Below, piece by piece: positions 15,101-30,100 of a DNA stretch of 64,000 nucleotides. The first letter of the stretch is position 1; each line of letters opens with the position of its first letter. Source of the stretch: Owenia fusiformis (Eukaryota); assembly GCA_903813345.2 (NCBI GenBank), contig CAIIXF020000001.1:40610001-40674000 (forward strand), read 5' to 3'. A program made the position numbers and the translations under genes. Below the pieces are notes generated by a model. That model did not search any database. It had not been told where the DNA came from and saw only the letters and a list, made by a program, of their open reading frames with translations.

Positions 15101-18100
15101 TGTTGATCAAAATATACCAAATTTTATTTTTCTCATTTTCATATAGATTTTCAGGTGAGTGCAACACCATTTTCAAAATCTCAAGTTGGTACTTGCTTCA
15201 ATGCTGCAGAGAACTGCTTCTGAACAAATTTTAAAATTAGCATATTACCTTCTCTTCTGCTCTAACAGGTAGTAAGGGCCCTCTGTCTTGCGACACTTGG
15301 CCTGTGAGTCTTCCTGTTGGGACGCTGCTAGCCCCCATGTGTGTTGACGTATGTACACAGGCTGGGACTGGAGGAACCACAACCCCTGCCATTCTACTGG
15401 GAAATCACAGAGTTGCTCTGAAAATATAAGACAACAGATCTGATATTCTTATCTATATTATTACATTATTTTCAAAACCATGGATATAGATAATAACTCA
15501 AATGAGCTGCTCTCAAAACAATTGGGAGATTATAGACAATTTGTAGAACAGCTCACAGTTGCTCTTGAAAGAACAGTACAGACAGTCTGTGACTAGAAAC
15601 AACAATGGTTCAGTACAATCAGAACAAAAGCAAAATACTTCCAACTGTTTACCATTGTAATAAAATTATATACATATACATAATTAAAGCATGTATCATA
15701 GGATATACGTGGAAGTTCTCCATATACTCTTATCAAATTGTGTTTTTTGCATGACATAATTAAATGATATTCTAGCTCTACTACTAGAACTTGGAGGATC
15801 AATAATATTTAGATTTATAATTGAATAGATTGTGTTCTCTTCATTAATTGTCATGCAACCCAGCAGCTTGCTATGGTAATCATGGGAGCAATCAAATACA
15901 GGGTGGGCACTTGCTATGGTAATCATAGGAGCAATCAAATACAGGGTGGACACATGCTATGGTAATCATAGGAGCAATCAAATACAGGGTGGGCACATGC
16001 TATGGTAATAATACAAACAACCAAATACAGGGTGAGCACAAGCTATGGTAATAATATGAACAACCAAATACAGGATGAGCACTTGCTCTGGCAATAATAA
16101 GAACAATCAAATACAGGATGGGTACTTGGTATGGCAACTATGACAATATTTCAAATACAAGGTGAGAACTTGCTGCAGTAATCAATGCAAACAAGGCATT
16201 AACATGCAAAATGTCACCACCTGTCATTTGTTACAGACACCATGTCATTAATATTACAGATGCAAACCACCGAACTCAAAATGCCATCCATAAAAAAGTT
16301 GGAGACTATAACAATAGTGGCGACATAAAAACCAATTGCAATATTTGTACTTGCTAATGTATTATATGAAGACAATCAGCTAAATCTTTATTAATCAAAG
16401 ACAGAAAATGTTCTGATTTCAAAATTGAGAAATGAAAAGTAAGATGTTTTTAAACCACATTATCAATTTACCAAAACACAAATAAGCATCAATATGCATG
16501 ATTACATTGTAAATACTTCTACCCTTTTAGGTTCATATCTCCACGCTTTGTGAAATGAATCTAATCTTATAATGTTTGTCTTTACATTTTCTACTCTGAA
16601 GGTGTCATTGAGGTTAGATTTGATACACTACATGGATTACTCAATGGTGCCAGAAAACTTCCTGCATAACAAGTCGCTAATCTCATTGCATTATAAGACA
16701 GAGCCTTGTGACTGTCATGCTGTCAATATTAGAGATAATGAACAAATGAAGATGGTCTCCCACAGGATATGATATCAGTACTGATATATCTCTATGAAAC
16801 CATCTGTCTTAAAGATGAACTCATCTTAGGTTATTTAAGTCTCACTTCATCCATATACCTACCCTTTTCAATAATTTGATTCAGCTTATCTAAAGAGTTT
16901 CAACAACTGCACAATTACAATACATGTAATTACTTCTACCCTCTTAGGTTCAGAATACTATATATTATTCCATAATACTACTGTTTTCCCAGGGAAATAT
17001 GAAGGAATAAAAATCGTATTGAATCGTATTACATGAAAAAATCGTATTGTCCCCGGGAAAAAAATCGTATTGGAGCGTATTACATGAAAAAATCGTATTG
17101 TCCCCGGGAAGAAAATCGTATTGGAATGTATTAACCTATTTTGGGTTTCCTGTTATTTTTAACCTTGGCTAATTGGTAAAATCATTTTCAAAATGTAACA
17201 TTTTAGAGGAATGTATTATGGAATAAATAGGTTATTTCTGGTCGGAATTGAATATGGGTTTCATTCCTCGGAAAATATGATATTGACCTTGGGAAATATG
17301 ATATTGACACTCGGTCGCTGCACTCCCTCGGTCAATATCATATTACCCTTCGGTCAATATCATATTGTCCCTCGGAATAAAACCCATATTCATTATTCAA
17401 TCCCTCTCAGTAAATAACCTATATGTCTTACAATCGTATGAACAAAATGAACCAATCATTAATCTGTGTTTTAATTGGATTCTTGTGGTTATATTCTACA
17501 TCAAATTTGAATTATTTTTAGATTAAATAAATTGCATTTGATAAAACCAGAGTGTAAATTATCTTTACATCCCCCTCACCACATTAATTTAAACTTCAGA
17601 TTACTCCATCATACTACGACCACAAAATCTTCAATAATTTTGATACAAATTGTTGTAATTGAGTCTTAATAATTTCATTTAGCAGATTGCATGCAAGATG
17701 TTAATAAGATTTTACTCTATTTGCTACAATACCAATATTTATCCAATACCAGCCCAGAGTATATGTACCTACATTTCCTCTACTACTTACATCAAGCAGA
17801 ATTAGAATGACAGTTTAATTGGAACTGGAATATAACAAAAGGTGTATTTAGATTTCTGCAGACCTCTAAAAGGTTACAATTTCCCCCAAGAATTCTATAA
17901 ACTAGAGAGTGTTATAATCAGGGAAATTGCGCTGGAGAGTAATACATCACTGTCAGGTTGGGAAAAATCTGATTGAATCTTTCAATATTGAATATTATAG
18001 TCTAATAATGAGGCTTCCACACAATGATCTCCCATTGATTTTATACTCTACTATTTCTTATGGAGCTGAATACAATCATTTTTATTAAATGAATAATCTA

Positions 18101-21100
18101 TTGCATCCGTGGGATACTGTTCTACAACTTCTTTTACTCCATTATCTTATCTCCTTATAGGTATATCATAAAGAAAGTAATCATTTCTTATCAGATAGAA
18201 AATACCAGGATTTTCTATAATTTAAATGTCAAATACAGGGTTCTTTCTTTAAGCAGGCAATTGGATGCTATAAGCCAAAATCAATAAATTGATCCAATAT
18301 TTCTATGATTGAATTACAAGGCTTCATCAACTAACAAACAGACAGACAAACAAACAAGCAAAGAAACAAATAAGCAAACAAGTAATGAAACAGTGCCTAA
18401 TTTTAATCAACTCGAAAGTTGATGCGCATTTGTCATAGGAAAAGTAAAAATCCATGTAAAATAAGAGGAGGAAACAGTAAAGAGGTGGCTGTATAATCAT
18501 ATGGCAAATAAGTCTAGACACATTATATACATTAGATGAAACAATATGGGATGGCGTACAAATTTCAATTTCAAGATTGAAGCTATTTCTTTTAAACATT
18601 TTCAAATTTTATCATATGTAGGAGACAGGGGGAGGGGTAAACCTTAATGAAATTAACTTTACCACAACTGTCAACCGTTAGACACAATCTCAAAAAGAAT
18701 GATTTCCTCTTTATAAATATAGTATAGTATGAGGAAATACAAATAGACTATCTATAAACAAAAAATGTAAAATAAAATCCTAAGATCCATCAAAAATGTG
18801 AAATAACTGGAATAAGAAGGAAAACATTTTTAATAAAATTAGGGTTGTCCAAAAAGTTTTGCTCTTATATCAGTAAATTCATATTTCAATATCATATTTC
18901 ATCAGGTTGATCTTTATCATTAGTCTTGCCCTTGTGACACATTTGTTAAAGTATAGGGTCTTGAAGCAAGACTATTCAATCATTTGTTGTTTCCTTTGTT
19001 GGAATTATTTAATGCGCATTGCAATGGCGATGTAGTACTTCACAATTTAAACACACGAGAAAACAAAAAATGGGATACTTTCTTTATGGAAGAAAAAATT
19101 CGATGAATGTGAAACTACCTGCTCTGGGATGATCTCAATTTCTCATAGAGACTACAGCATCATAGAACCACTTTGATATGACGCTGTATACATGAATAAT
19201 TAACATGCATGCAGTAACACAGTAAACGAATGCATGTGATGACACCATAAATCATTACATGGTAAAAGACACACGATAGATACAATATTTATGAGGCTGA
19301 ATCATCAATCCAATGAGACCTAAATAACCAAGAACAAAAGAAAATAGAAAAATTATTTCTAATTAAGACAGCCTGGCATCAATCAACAACAATGATAGCC
19401 CATCTGGGAGTGCTTCCAACAGAATTGACAATGTAGCTACAGAGCTTATTGGCAATCCTTGATAAGGTTTCCCCATTGTGGAATGCTGTCTTGGTAATTA
19501 TAGAAATGACAATGCAGTAAATTGATGGCTTAAAATCCCAGGAGAATTGAAAGTGTTTTGATAAAGTAGAATCCCATTAAACCGGCTACAAAACTAAAAC
19601 TGATGAGTTGGTATTTTTGAACAAGGTAGAATGTATCTTCTCAATCTCTGACATTGCTATAAAAGAAATGAACTATTTCTCATTCAGACCTCTCATTGCC
19701 TTTCCTTGGAAAGATATAAATGGATGTAGACTAAGTCAAGATGCACTATTTCTGTCATTTTTAAATTTATGTACTTTTCTTTTGTATGTAATTAGTAGAA
19801 AAATAAACCTATTTGTGATATTTGAGCCTGGCCATAGGAAAACTGGTCTTATCACAAAAATGAAAATTGTGCTATACAGAGCCAAAAATGTACCCAAGAT
19901 TAAGAGGAAAATGTGCTAAATTCAAATCCGACTTTTTGGTCTATGTATGCAAGGAAAAATTGTAAAGACAAAAGCCATGGCTCATTTGAAAGGTCTCTTT
20001 GTGCTTTATAAGATAAACAAAAAATCAGAATATTGAATAAATCTGTGATAAGACCCCTTTTCCTGTGGCCTGGCTGATTTAATGAGGTATTGTCTCATTT
20101 ATTTGATCAGATATCACAAAAATAAAAGTAATACACAAATAAGGAATACACAAATAGACTGAGAAGGCATTAACATAAATCAATGTATTATATGTACTCA
20201 TGTGGTAGGAAAAAAACCGTTGTTCTGAATTAAAAAAATTGTATGCATTTTTGGATCTTGTTAACACAAACTATATCAAGGAGAGAAAATTCTGCATGAT
20301 TGTGTCGAACAATACAGACAGCACATAGGCATAGCCAGGGCGGGGGTGCTACCGGTCCATTAAATAAAAGAAGAAAAGAGCTTTAAAATGCTTTTTTTAT
20401 TTTAATCTTCTAGCTCAATTTTGAAGGAAAATGCATACATTTTTGTAAAATTAAAAACAAATCTTACAATTATTTTGGGGGTTAGGTATTGCTTATGCCA
20501 TGGTTCCATCCCCCTGACTGAAAACCAAAATTTTTTCCCCTGACTGAAAGCTCGCTATGCCCCTGCAGAAGAGATAAATATCGGACTTATAGAGCAATAT
20601 GGAAGTCTTGTAAAAAACTCAACCTGCACACTCATAGACAATATAGCAATTTCCAAGTGCAATGAAACGCTTAGGGTCTTAAAAATATTGGATGGAGATC
20701 TAATAAATCTTAAAATATGGTGTGACTATTCAATAAATGTTGAAATATGGTGTGGCTATTCAATAAATGTTGAAATATGGTGTGGCTATCAAACAAGAAT
20801 GCTCAATGTTCTGTAATATTTAGGACAATATGTAGTCAGCAAAAATATTTTTCAGTGGTTTAATATTTTATCTTTGTTTTGTAAAATGTATTATTTCATG
20901 TTTGATTCAATAAAAAAAAAAATAAATAAAATAAATAAACAAAAAAATATGTTTTTCCTCCAATTGTTACGCACGTAAAGAGCTATAATAATTTTCCAAG
21001 CTTGGGAGAACTATTATAGTCATGCAGCATATAAAAAGGTGAGAGAAACTAGGGAATATAACCTATTAATATCAGTCTCTACAGCAATGAATGGTTCATT

Positions 21101-24100
21101 TGGGCTTGGAAACATCCTATAAAACACCTTAGGTCGCAATAACTGTCGCAAACAAGATATATGAAGAAAATATTCAACTAATCTCCTTAAATCATAAGAT
21201 TATCATGATGAAAGGTAGACTTTGACGGGCCTAAAAATATATCATATAGATTTATTGAAATAAGTACCCTAGCATTAGAGTTATGTGTTAGTCGCGTAAA
21301 GTCGGAAGCATTATAACGTCTTATTGCGCCTTACTTACTGATTTACTGCCAACTGAAACATCAATCACAAAAGAACAAGCATTTTGATATATTTTTAGGA
21401 AACGAAATAAAAGGGCAAAATATATCATATCAAAGGATTTTATTAGAGATCAAAGCATACAATATTTTTCTTTTTGTAGAAATAGTAGAAATACTTGGAA
21501 AATATATTGACGGGTTACAGAAAGTAATATATAACATACAATGCCATAATCAAGCAATGCTGAAAATATGGCATAAATATTCAACTTTGAATTATATGAT
21601 TCTCACAAACACAACTTAATGCAAAATGAAGATAGCAAAAAAGAGAACAAAGATTATCTAATGTTAACTCCTGGAAATGAAGAGTGGGAGGAAGGGTCAA
21701 AATGCTAAAATTCAATCATGATATGTATGTTGCATCACTAGGGGGTACACAAACATTATACTTCATAAAGATTCAGTTTGAGACCTGAAACTGCAGTTTA
21801 GTGATATAGCAATCATCAGGGTATGAAGAAAGAAAGATACTACTGTATAAGAATTTTTTTTACCTAAAACCTATTTGAGATCAGTAAAATTACATAATAT
21901 ATAGGGAAATTAATGTTTCTGTATTAGATGATAGGCTAGTTCAATGGTTTAGGTAAAATATAATGTTGCTAACTTGGATTTTAGGCAAAAATGGGTAAAT
22001 TTTACCACCATCACTGATACAGTAACTCACTCACTGACTGATATCTAACTTGTGAATTTGGCATCTGTACATGTACATGTACATGGTAATTGCAGTACCA
22101 GATTTTTAGTTTGAAACCTGCATTATAACTCTTGACCCCCAGATGTAGACTGTATCCCACTATAAACTGATATTTAATAGGCCTAATTTTAGAGAAAATG
22201 GGCCTTTTTAAAAATAAGGCCCCAATTTTAGAAAATTGACTTTCATTTGAAAAATGGGTCCAATTTTTTTAAAATAGGATTTTCAAAAAAAATAATTGGA
22301 CATTTTTACATAACATTAAGCCACATGAAAACATAAATTATCTAATCTTAAGAAAACCCTAATCATTGGAAACTCTAACCATATTACACATCAAAGGACT
22401 TGTAATTGTTAGAAACCTGGATAATGAAATACAATTAGAAGATAAAGAGTTATTGAAATGATTTCGATGTGGCATCAAATTGCCCTGAAGAAAAAACAAC
22501 CTGAAACATGAGTAAGTTATTAAAACAAATAGATAAAAAGATCATTATGAGGAAACTAAATTATTTGGTATTTAAATCAAACAACCATTTACAGTCCTTG
22601 ATACAATGTAATAGGAAAATAATGAGCTATTAAAATTATCCCAATGGCGTCATAGGTTAGAACAACCATCACTCACAGCGACATTGACAGATTGAAACAG
22701 GGTCTACTAATACCAGGTAGGTCTGTAGAGATTCACCTGGACAATGCCAGAGTTATTGCATGTATATGAAGAGCTATCTCGCCACCATTATCATATCTTT
22801 AGAGGAAACGTAATTATTGGTTACCATAGCAACATAGAAGTTTGTAATTATCATCAAAGTGGTCCCTAATTGAATACTCCGTTGAAAGGTTGTTAGGTTT
22901 TTCTACAGGAATAATAGTTTCCTCTCATAGTTTTGATAATAGTCAAATAGTATATCATTATATATAATCATATTTCTATAAAAGGAACTGACCTTGACAC
23001 AAGGAAAAATCTAGTGAATGGCTTAATAATAAAAAGTGACCTTTATTTGACCTTGAGAAGGTCACTGAAGGTCAAATCTCAAATCTAAAGTCAGATTTGA
23101 ACTTCTGAGAATGTACATGATTTCGAAAAAATTGAAGTCAGTCTTAAAACAGTATTTGTTGAATTATTGGAAGTTGTCAGAATTTTTACAGACGCCAACC
23201 AACGGACACCAACCACCAACCAACAACCACCAACCCTCATCACAAAAAAACAGGGACCATAACAATATCCCAACCATTTTTGTGGTGACATAAAAAGGAA
23301 TTATGTTATGTACTACCATTCTAGTATTACAATCTTTCATTAACTCTCTATTAATATTTCTTCAAGATTCATTAGATCCATTCAACATAAAGCATGACTG
23401 AATCCCTTTAACCTCTGACTCATCTGACACTCAAAATGGTCAAACACAATTCCATGATTCAAATGTACGTTATCAGAGATGAATGTTATAAATTAATCCA
23501 CTCTCATGGAAATGATAAATTACAATTACTTTGTAAGAATTGTGCTTTAATGCAGCACATAGTGCATTGGAATTCCCAGCAGATGCATAAAGTAGAATGT
23601 AAGATGGTGACAAATACAAACAATTTCTCTAAGTTGCCATAAAAGAATTATTAACACTGACCAAATTACAAACACTGAATTTGAATATGATTTCTACTGA
23701 GTGACTGTCTGTTAAGAAGTGAGTACCCCATGGCTCATTTGGCATCAAAACCAATATCAAACAAAAAATCTAGAATATGTTTACTTTTTGGGTAGGAAGA
23801 AATATGACCAGTGATACCAGAATTCTAGAAATGAATCCCATGTTATATTACAAAGTGAGTGTTTTTGCGAGTCTTGTGACTTGGACATGCTGTTTATACA
23901 TTCATGACAAGTTGTTTATGAACCTGTCAACCAGTCAGACACTAGTTCCATTTTCATATACATCTAAAACATTCTTGACTTTATTACACAATATGATATG
24001 AAGAGTCCATAACAGAGCAGAAAGTTCACTTCACTTGAAATGAGTTAGAAGAAAATTGATAACACAAGTACTTCGTATAGCAATGGCATTGAGATTTCCT

Positions 24101-27100
24101 TTAAAGTCTGAACCCAGTCGGCATTATTTTGCAATACGTATATTTCCATCAAAGGATAAGTATAGCGATTCGTACAAGAGGACAATGAGTTTGAACTTAT
24201 CATGATCCTACGAGCTTATGCAACTGTGAGACTTTGGCATAATAAATCTTCCTAAATGGTACGCTTGAAACATGGTTCTATTCATTCCATCCATTAGGCA
24301 TTCAGAATCTTATAATTGTTTTTCAATATGTCATCTTATGATTATGTTCAAACAGCGCATAAAAAGAACAAAATGCAATTACATTTTCTAATATTGATTT
24401 TGACGGCACAAAGGATTCTCTCTCTGCTGCATGTCCGTGTATCAGTTATGGGGTTGCATGAGGTGCAACTTCCAATTTCAATCACTTTGACAAATTAAAA
24501 AATGGTTTTACACTTCCATTTTTACCAGGATTAGTCGTTCTAATGAAACAACATTTTGGAAATTTATATACTTGTTTACATGATACATCTGGATTGATTT
24601 TCCTGTCAAGATGTGTGCTTTTTAATTTTGGCATTATGACATTTCATTGGAAATATTCTGAGTATTCAGGAAGTATTGTATGAGTTTAATTTACCGTTTT
24701 CTGATTCTGTTCTTAGAATTGAATCCAAATCCCCTTGCGGTTTATACATTTTCCATTTGCACTTGTTCTCTCAAATACATTTCCGAACATAAATTTTTCA
24801 AAACCTGAATGACTGAAATATCTTGCAAACATTACAAATACATCTGAAATACAATTTTTCAAATTATCTGGTCTTTCCTTGCATAAATAACAGATTTGAC
24901 ACACTGAAGCATGAAATTCCTTCAAAGGGAATTGAAATATATCAACTCGGATCTGAGGCCAAATACATGGAAGGAATATCAAACATGGTCGCTAACATCA
25001 AAACTACAATAATATTTGAATCAGTCGATAAATGCAATATTAGAGCTAGGATGGAGACAAATTGAAGCCCATCCATGCATTTCTGATGAACATTCTAATC
25101 CCCAATCAGTGTTTCCGAGCCTCTTTATCTTATTTATGCTGACCAGGGAACTAGAAGTCTCTTTATGAGTACAAGTCAAAAAAACATCATCGCTGACTTT
25201 TGAATCTCAAGTCATTTTTCTCTTATTTCAGATATTGAAGTAAGATTTTCAGAATCTCATTCAATATATCTTGAAAAAGATTTGCGTTTATGATTACAAA
25301 TAATTAGAATGATTTAACAATTAAACAAGTCCAAAGCACACAATTGAAAATTTCATGGAGGGAATGGAAAATCGTCATGAGACAACCATCTTAACTTGAA
25401 TCTTATGATGGACAAAATATCAAAATACATTTTTCTTTTCTGAGTTTCAGTTTTTTGGTATAAATGATTATCTAAGTACATATGTCATTGATTTTCAATT
25501 AGGTTTTAAGAGGATTCCAAATCTACCTGTGAAACTCTTATTTGCTCTGGCAGGTTTCTTAAAATCAATTAGAGGTTTATTTTTCTGTTATCGGCACTTA
25601 TAGTCCTATCTTGTTGTTTTTATCGCTTTCAAAATAAGACAAATGTTTGTTGATCACACAAAACATGTCCAAGACAAATACAAGTTGCTACTTTATGCAT
25701 CTGTAAACACAATCCTTACAATACTGAAATTAAATAGCACCATGTGTATTGCCATTAGGATAACATATGAAAACAGCCCTGTGTCAAAGGCCCTTGTTTT
25801 ACATTGAATTCTTTTATTGAGATTAATCATGGTAAAGAATTTAATCTGTTGATAGGGCATTATGAAAATGTATTTTAATCAAAATTGTGGGAAATTGCAG
25901 ATGTGCTGCAAATATTGCGGCAAAGGAGTGTTTTGTTTTTTTTGAATGCTGAAAGTATGTTATACAATAAGACTTGATACAAAAAAGTTTTTACATTATT
26001 TTTGGTTCATTTCAAGGGAATTTGGTTTTAACATTTGATGTTTTTTATGAAAGTTATTATCTTGTTGAAAATTTTGCTCTAAAAATTGTCCAATGTACGA
26101 ACTTAATACAAATGCATCAAAATGTGAAAATATATTCATTTTTTAGTTGATCTAAAACATGCTGATCGATTCCAACATTTCCATTAGGTAGAAATTAGAA
26201 TGCTTCACTCCCCAATCTCCTCAAAGAATATTTAGCAATATATTCTCAATTAACTCATTTACACCTGAGCTACATTGCACAGGTAATTCCTTTGATGTCT
26301 TCCACAAATCTCCCATTTTCCACCCAAAGGGAAAAGATAAAAGTAGATCCACTTCATTTCATTTATCTGTCTATGGTGGTTATATTAGAGAAAATAGCCT
26401 CATCAGCATGCGGCTCTCTACTCTAAAAATCTAATTTATTGGCAAATAAGTTTCATTATCTGAAGTCCTGGCTACTCTGAGGACTACAAGCTAGTATCAA
26501 TTACTACACTCTGACTGGGATAGACAATTTTAGTTTTGATGCTTTTAAGATCTTAATGACCCCAAAAGTACATTTTAATAGGCATTTGAATAAAAAATAA
26601 ACCCCTTTTGAATGGCCCTTTCTGATTGGACAAAGTTATATCAAAAAATAACACCTTGTTCAAAGAGTGTAGATGAAACTCTCTTTTAGCAAACTCTTGA
26701 ACAGAGTAGGTAAAATAAGCCAAGATCCTGTATGTGGTAGATAGTGCATACAACTACTAGGTGCTCTAAAAAGCAATGTTAAGTGGCTGTAAACCCCTAA
26801 TGACATACTTAGGGGAGGTTTCAATAGAGCTTTCAATATACGCTTTTGAGCATTTTATTGTCTTATTGCAATCAGAATAAAGGCAAATACAATGTCAATT
26901 GTACTAAACAGTTTAGTGTGAAATATCTGATATGGACTGATGGAGTCAGTTGAAAAGATTTCAATGTTTGGCCTGAGGGATGGATTTAAAAATGGTGGTT
27001 ATTTATTACAAAACATGTACCAGACCTATTAACATTAACATATACCTATTTACATGTTAATGGTCTATAACTTGAAAAATAGTTTTTAGTGCATGATGGA

Positions 27101-30100
27101 GAAAAGACAAACTGGTACTGGTACATGAAAAACATTTTTAGAAGTGATTTTGATATCTAATAGGCCAGGATGAATTGCATCTTCAAAATATTAAAGATCA
27201 ATTTCCGTTTTATTTTGATAATAAAGTTTATTATTAGTTGATGAACTCTTCTTCAACTTGCACCTGAATCTATGAAACTTGTTGGAAAACATCCCATCTA
27301 TTTGTAATTAAGGAGATGTCTTCTTGGGATATCTACCAGCTTACTGTCTTACCATGTACCAGCATTGCTTTTAATTAACACTTTACATCACTCCTTATTA
27401 TCTAATTAAACTGCAATCAGATAGGAAGCTGAGGGTAACCCGACCTCCCATCTCTCAGCATTATCTCTGGTACCCAACACACATGTTACCCTGCGCGAGA
27501 ACTCACCTTTAAACTCACTCTTAAAATTACAAGCGATTTTTTGATCTCATGTATGAATTATAATTATCATTATTTGATTGGATGTAAAATCAGGAAAACA
27601 TTCAAATAAAATCCCATAAAATAATTAAACAGCAACAGTTGAGATTTTTCAGATCTTAACAGAATTATCGAAATCGAAAATTATCATTCAGAGGTTGTCA
27701 GAGGGATGTGTGACTAGCATATGAGAATTCAGAAAACACACATGGCCAACCAGGAACAGAATCTGGTTTGGAACAACACTAACAACCTTGAATGAAGTTA
27801 CAACACAACAAAGATAATTCTAAACACAGTCTGAAAGCAACATTAACCACCTGGAAGAGATTCTGAGCTAGAAAAAGTTCAAATAAATTACAATCTCGCA
27901 AAACACATAGAGTATATAAAGCGTCTAAAAATTTAAGAATTTAATTTTTTGTAAGAGCTTATAAGATGAACAGAACTTCATCCTGGTGTTTTATCAGGTA
28001 TGGTCTCATTAGATAGGTTTGTTTATAAAATGGAAAGATAGTGTGGAAGTTTATGACAAAATAAATTGAGTATCACTACAAATCATGACTTTATTAGGCT
28101 ATTTAATTGAGGTATGTAGGGTTAAGTGGATCCTGTGAAGTTTACATTGAGGTAATGGGATTGCATGAAACTGCACAGTAGTCTGTCTTTCCTCTGAACT
28201 GTGAAACAATTCACAAATAAACCAGGTTCAATTCAAGTAACATGTTTCATGTTGATTTGTTAAAATAATGAACGTACATTCTGTGACTAATTGTCTAGTC
28301 ATTACTATTTTAGGTACACAAGGCATAACTATAGAAAAATGTCACCAATGCATTGCACTGGTTACTAAATGGTTACTAAAGTAATGTGAAACCTGTAAAG
28401 TGGAACACCTCTAGAAGTAGAACACCTACTTCTAAGAGTCCAAAGGGCATGAACTTGGTGTAAGACCACACGAAATTTAGTGTATTATATGTATAATATA
28501 ATATAATATAAAAGTATATATTATATATATAGTTATAATATTATTAAATGGCGTATTATATATATAATATAATATAAAAGTATATGTTATATATAGTTAT
28601 GTATTATATTCTTGTAAATGTGTATATGCATGTATTTATTTATATATTTGTCTCCTCTGGTCCCCAGTCCCCAGTCCCCAGTAGTTATATATATATTTAT
28701 ATCGGTCTCCAGTCCCTCCTTTATATATGTTTGTGCATATGCATTTACATGTATTTATTTATATATTTGTCTCCTCTGGTCCCCAGTCCCCAGTCCCCAG
28801 TAGCTATATATATATTTATATCTGTCTCCAGTCCCTCCTTTATATATGTTTGTGCATATGCATTTACATGTATTTATTTATATATTTGTCTCCTCTGGTC
28901 CCCAGTCCCCAGTCCCCAGTAGCTATATATATATTTATATCGGTCTCCAGTCCCTCCTTTATATATGTTTGTGTATATGCATATACATGTACTTATTTAT
29001 GTATCTGTCTCCTCTGGTCCCCAGTCCCCAGTAGCTATATAATATATTTATATCGGTCTCCAGTCCCTCCTTTATATATGTTTGTGTATATGCATATGCA
29101 TGCATCTATTTATATATTAGTCTCCTCTGGTTCCCAGTCCCCAGTCCCCAGTTACTATATATATAGGAGAGGTTTTTTTGAAAAACAATTTTGACTTTAA
29201 AGCCCCCCATGATTACCAAATTTTCTCAATTTTTTCCTCAATTACAATAAGTCAAAAATCGATGATAAATTTGATGCATTTTTTAAAATCGACATTCCCA
29301 TGTTAATCAATGGGAAATGGTAGGTTTGCCTCAAGTCATATGACAGAATATCCATCCATCTGAGTCCTTGCAAAAATACGAGTTAGGCAGGCAATTGAAT
29401 TTGATAACTTTATTTAACAAAAATTGATATGTTTCTTAAAGTTTAACAAAGTTATAGGGCTTTAAAGTCAAAATTGTTTTTCAAAAAACCTCTCCTATAT
29501 ATATAGTAACTGGGGACTGGGGACTGGGGACCAGAGGAGACAAATATATAAATAGATGCATGCATATGCATATACACAAACATATATAAAGGAGGGACTG
29601 GAGACCGATATAAATATATATATAGGTACTGGGGACTGGGGACTGGGGACCAGAGGAGACAGATACATAAATAAGTACATGTATATGCATATACACAAAC
29701 ATATATAAAGGAGGGACTGGAGACCGATATAAATATATATATAGGTACTGGGGACTGGGGACTGGGGACTGGGGACCAGAGGAGACAGATACATAAATAA
29801 GTACATGTATATGCATATACACAAACATATATAAAGGAGGGACTGGAGACCGATATAAATATATATATAGCTACTGGGGACTGGGGACTGGGGACCAGAG
29901 GAGACAAATATATAAATAAATACATGTAAATGCATATGCACAAACATATATACAGGAGGGACTGGAGACAGATATAAATATATATATATATAACTACTGG
30001 GGACTGGGGACTGGGGACCAGAGGAGACAAATATATAAATAAATACATGCATATACACATTTACAAGAATATAATACATAACTATATATAACATATACTT

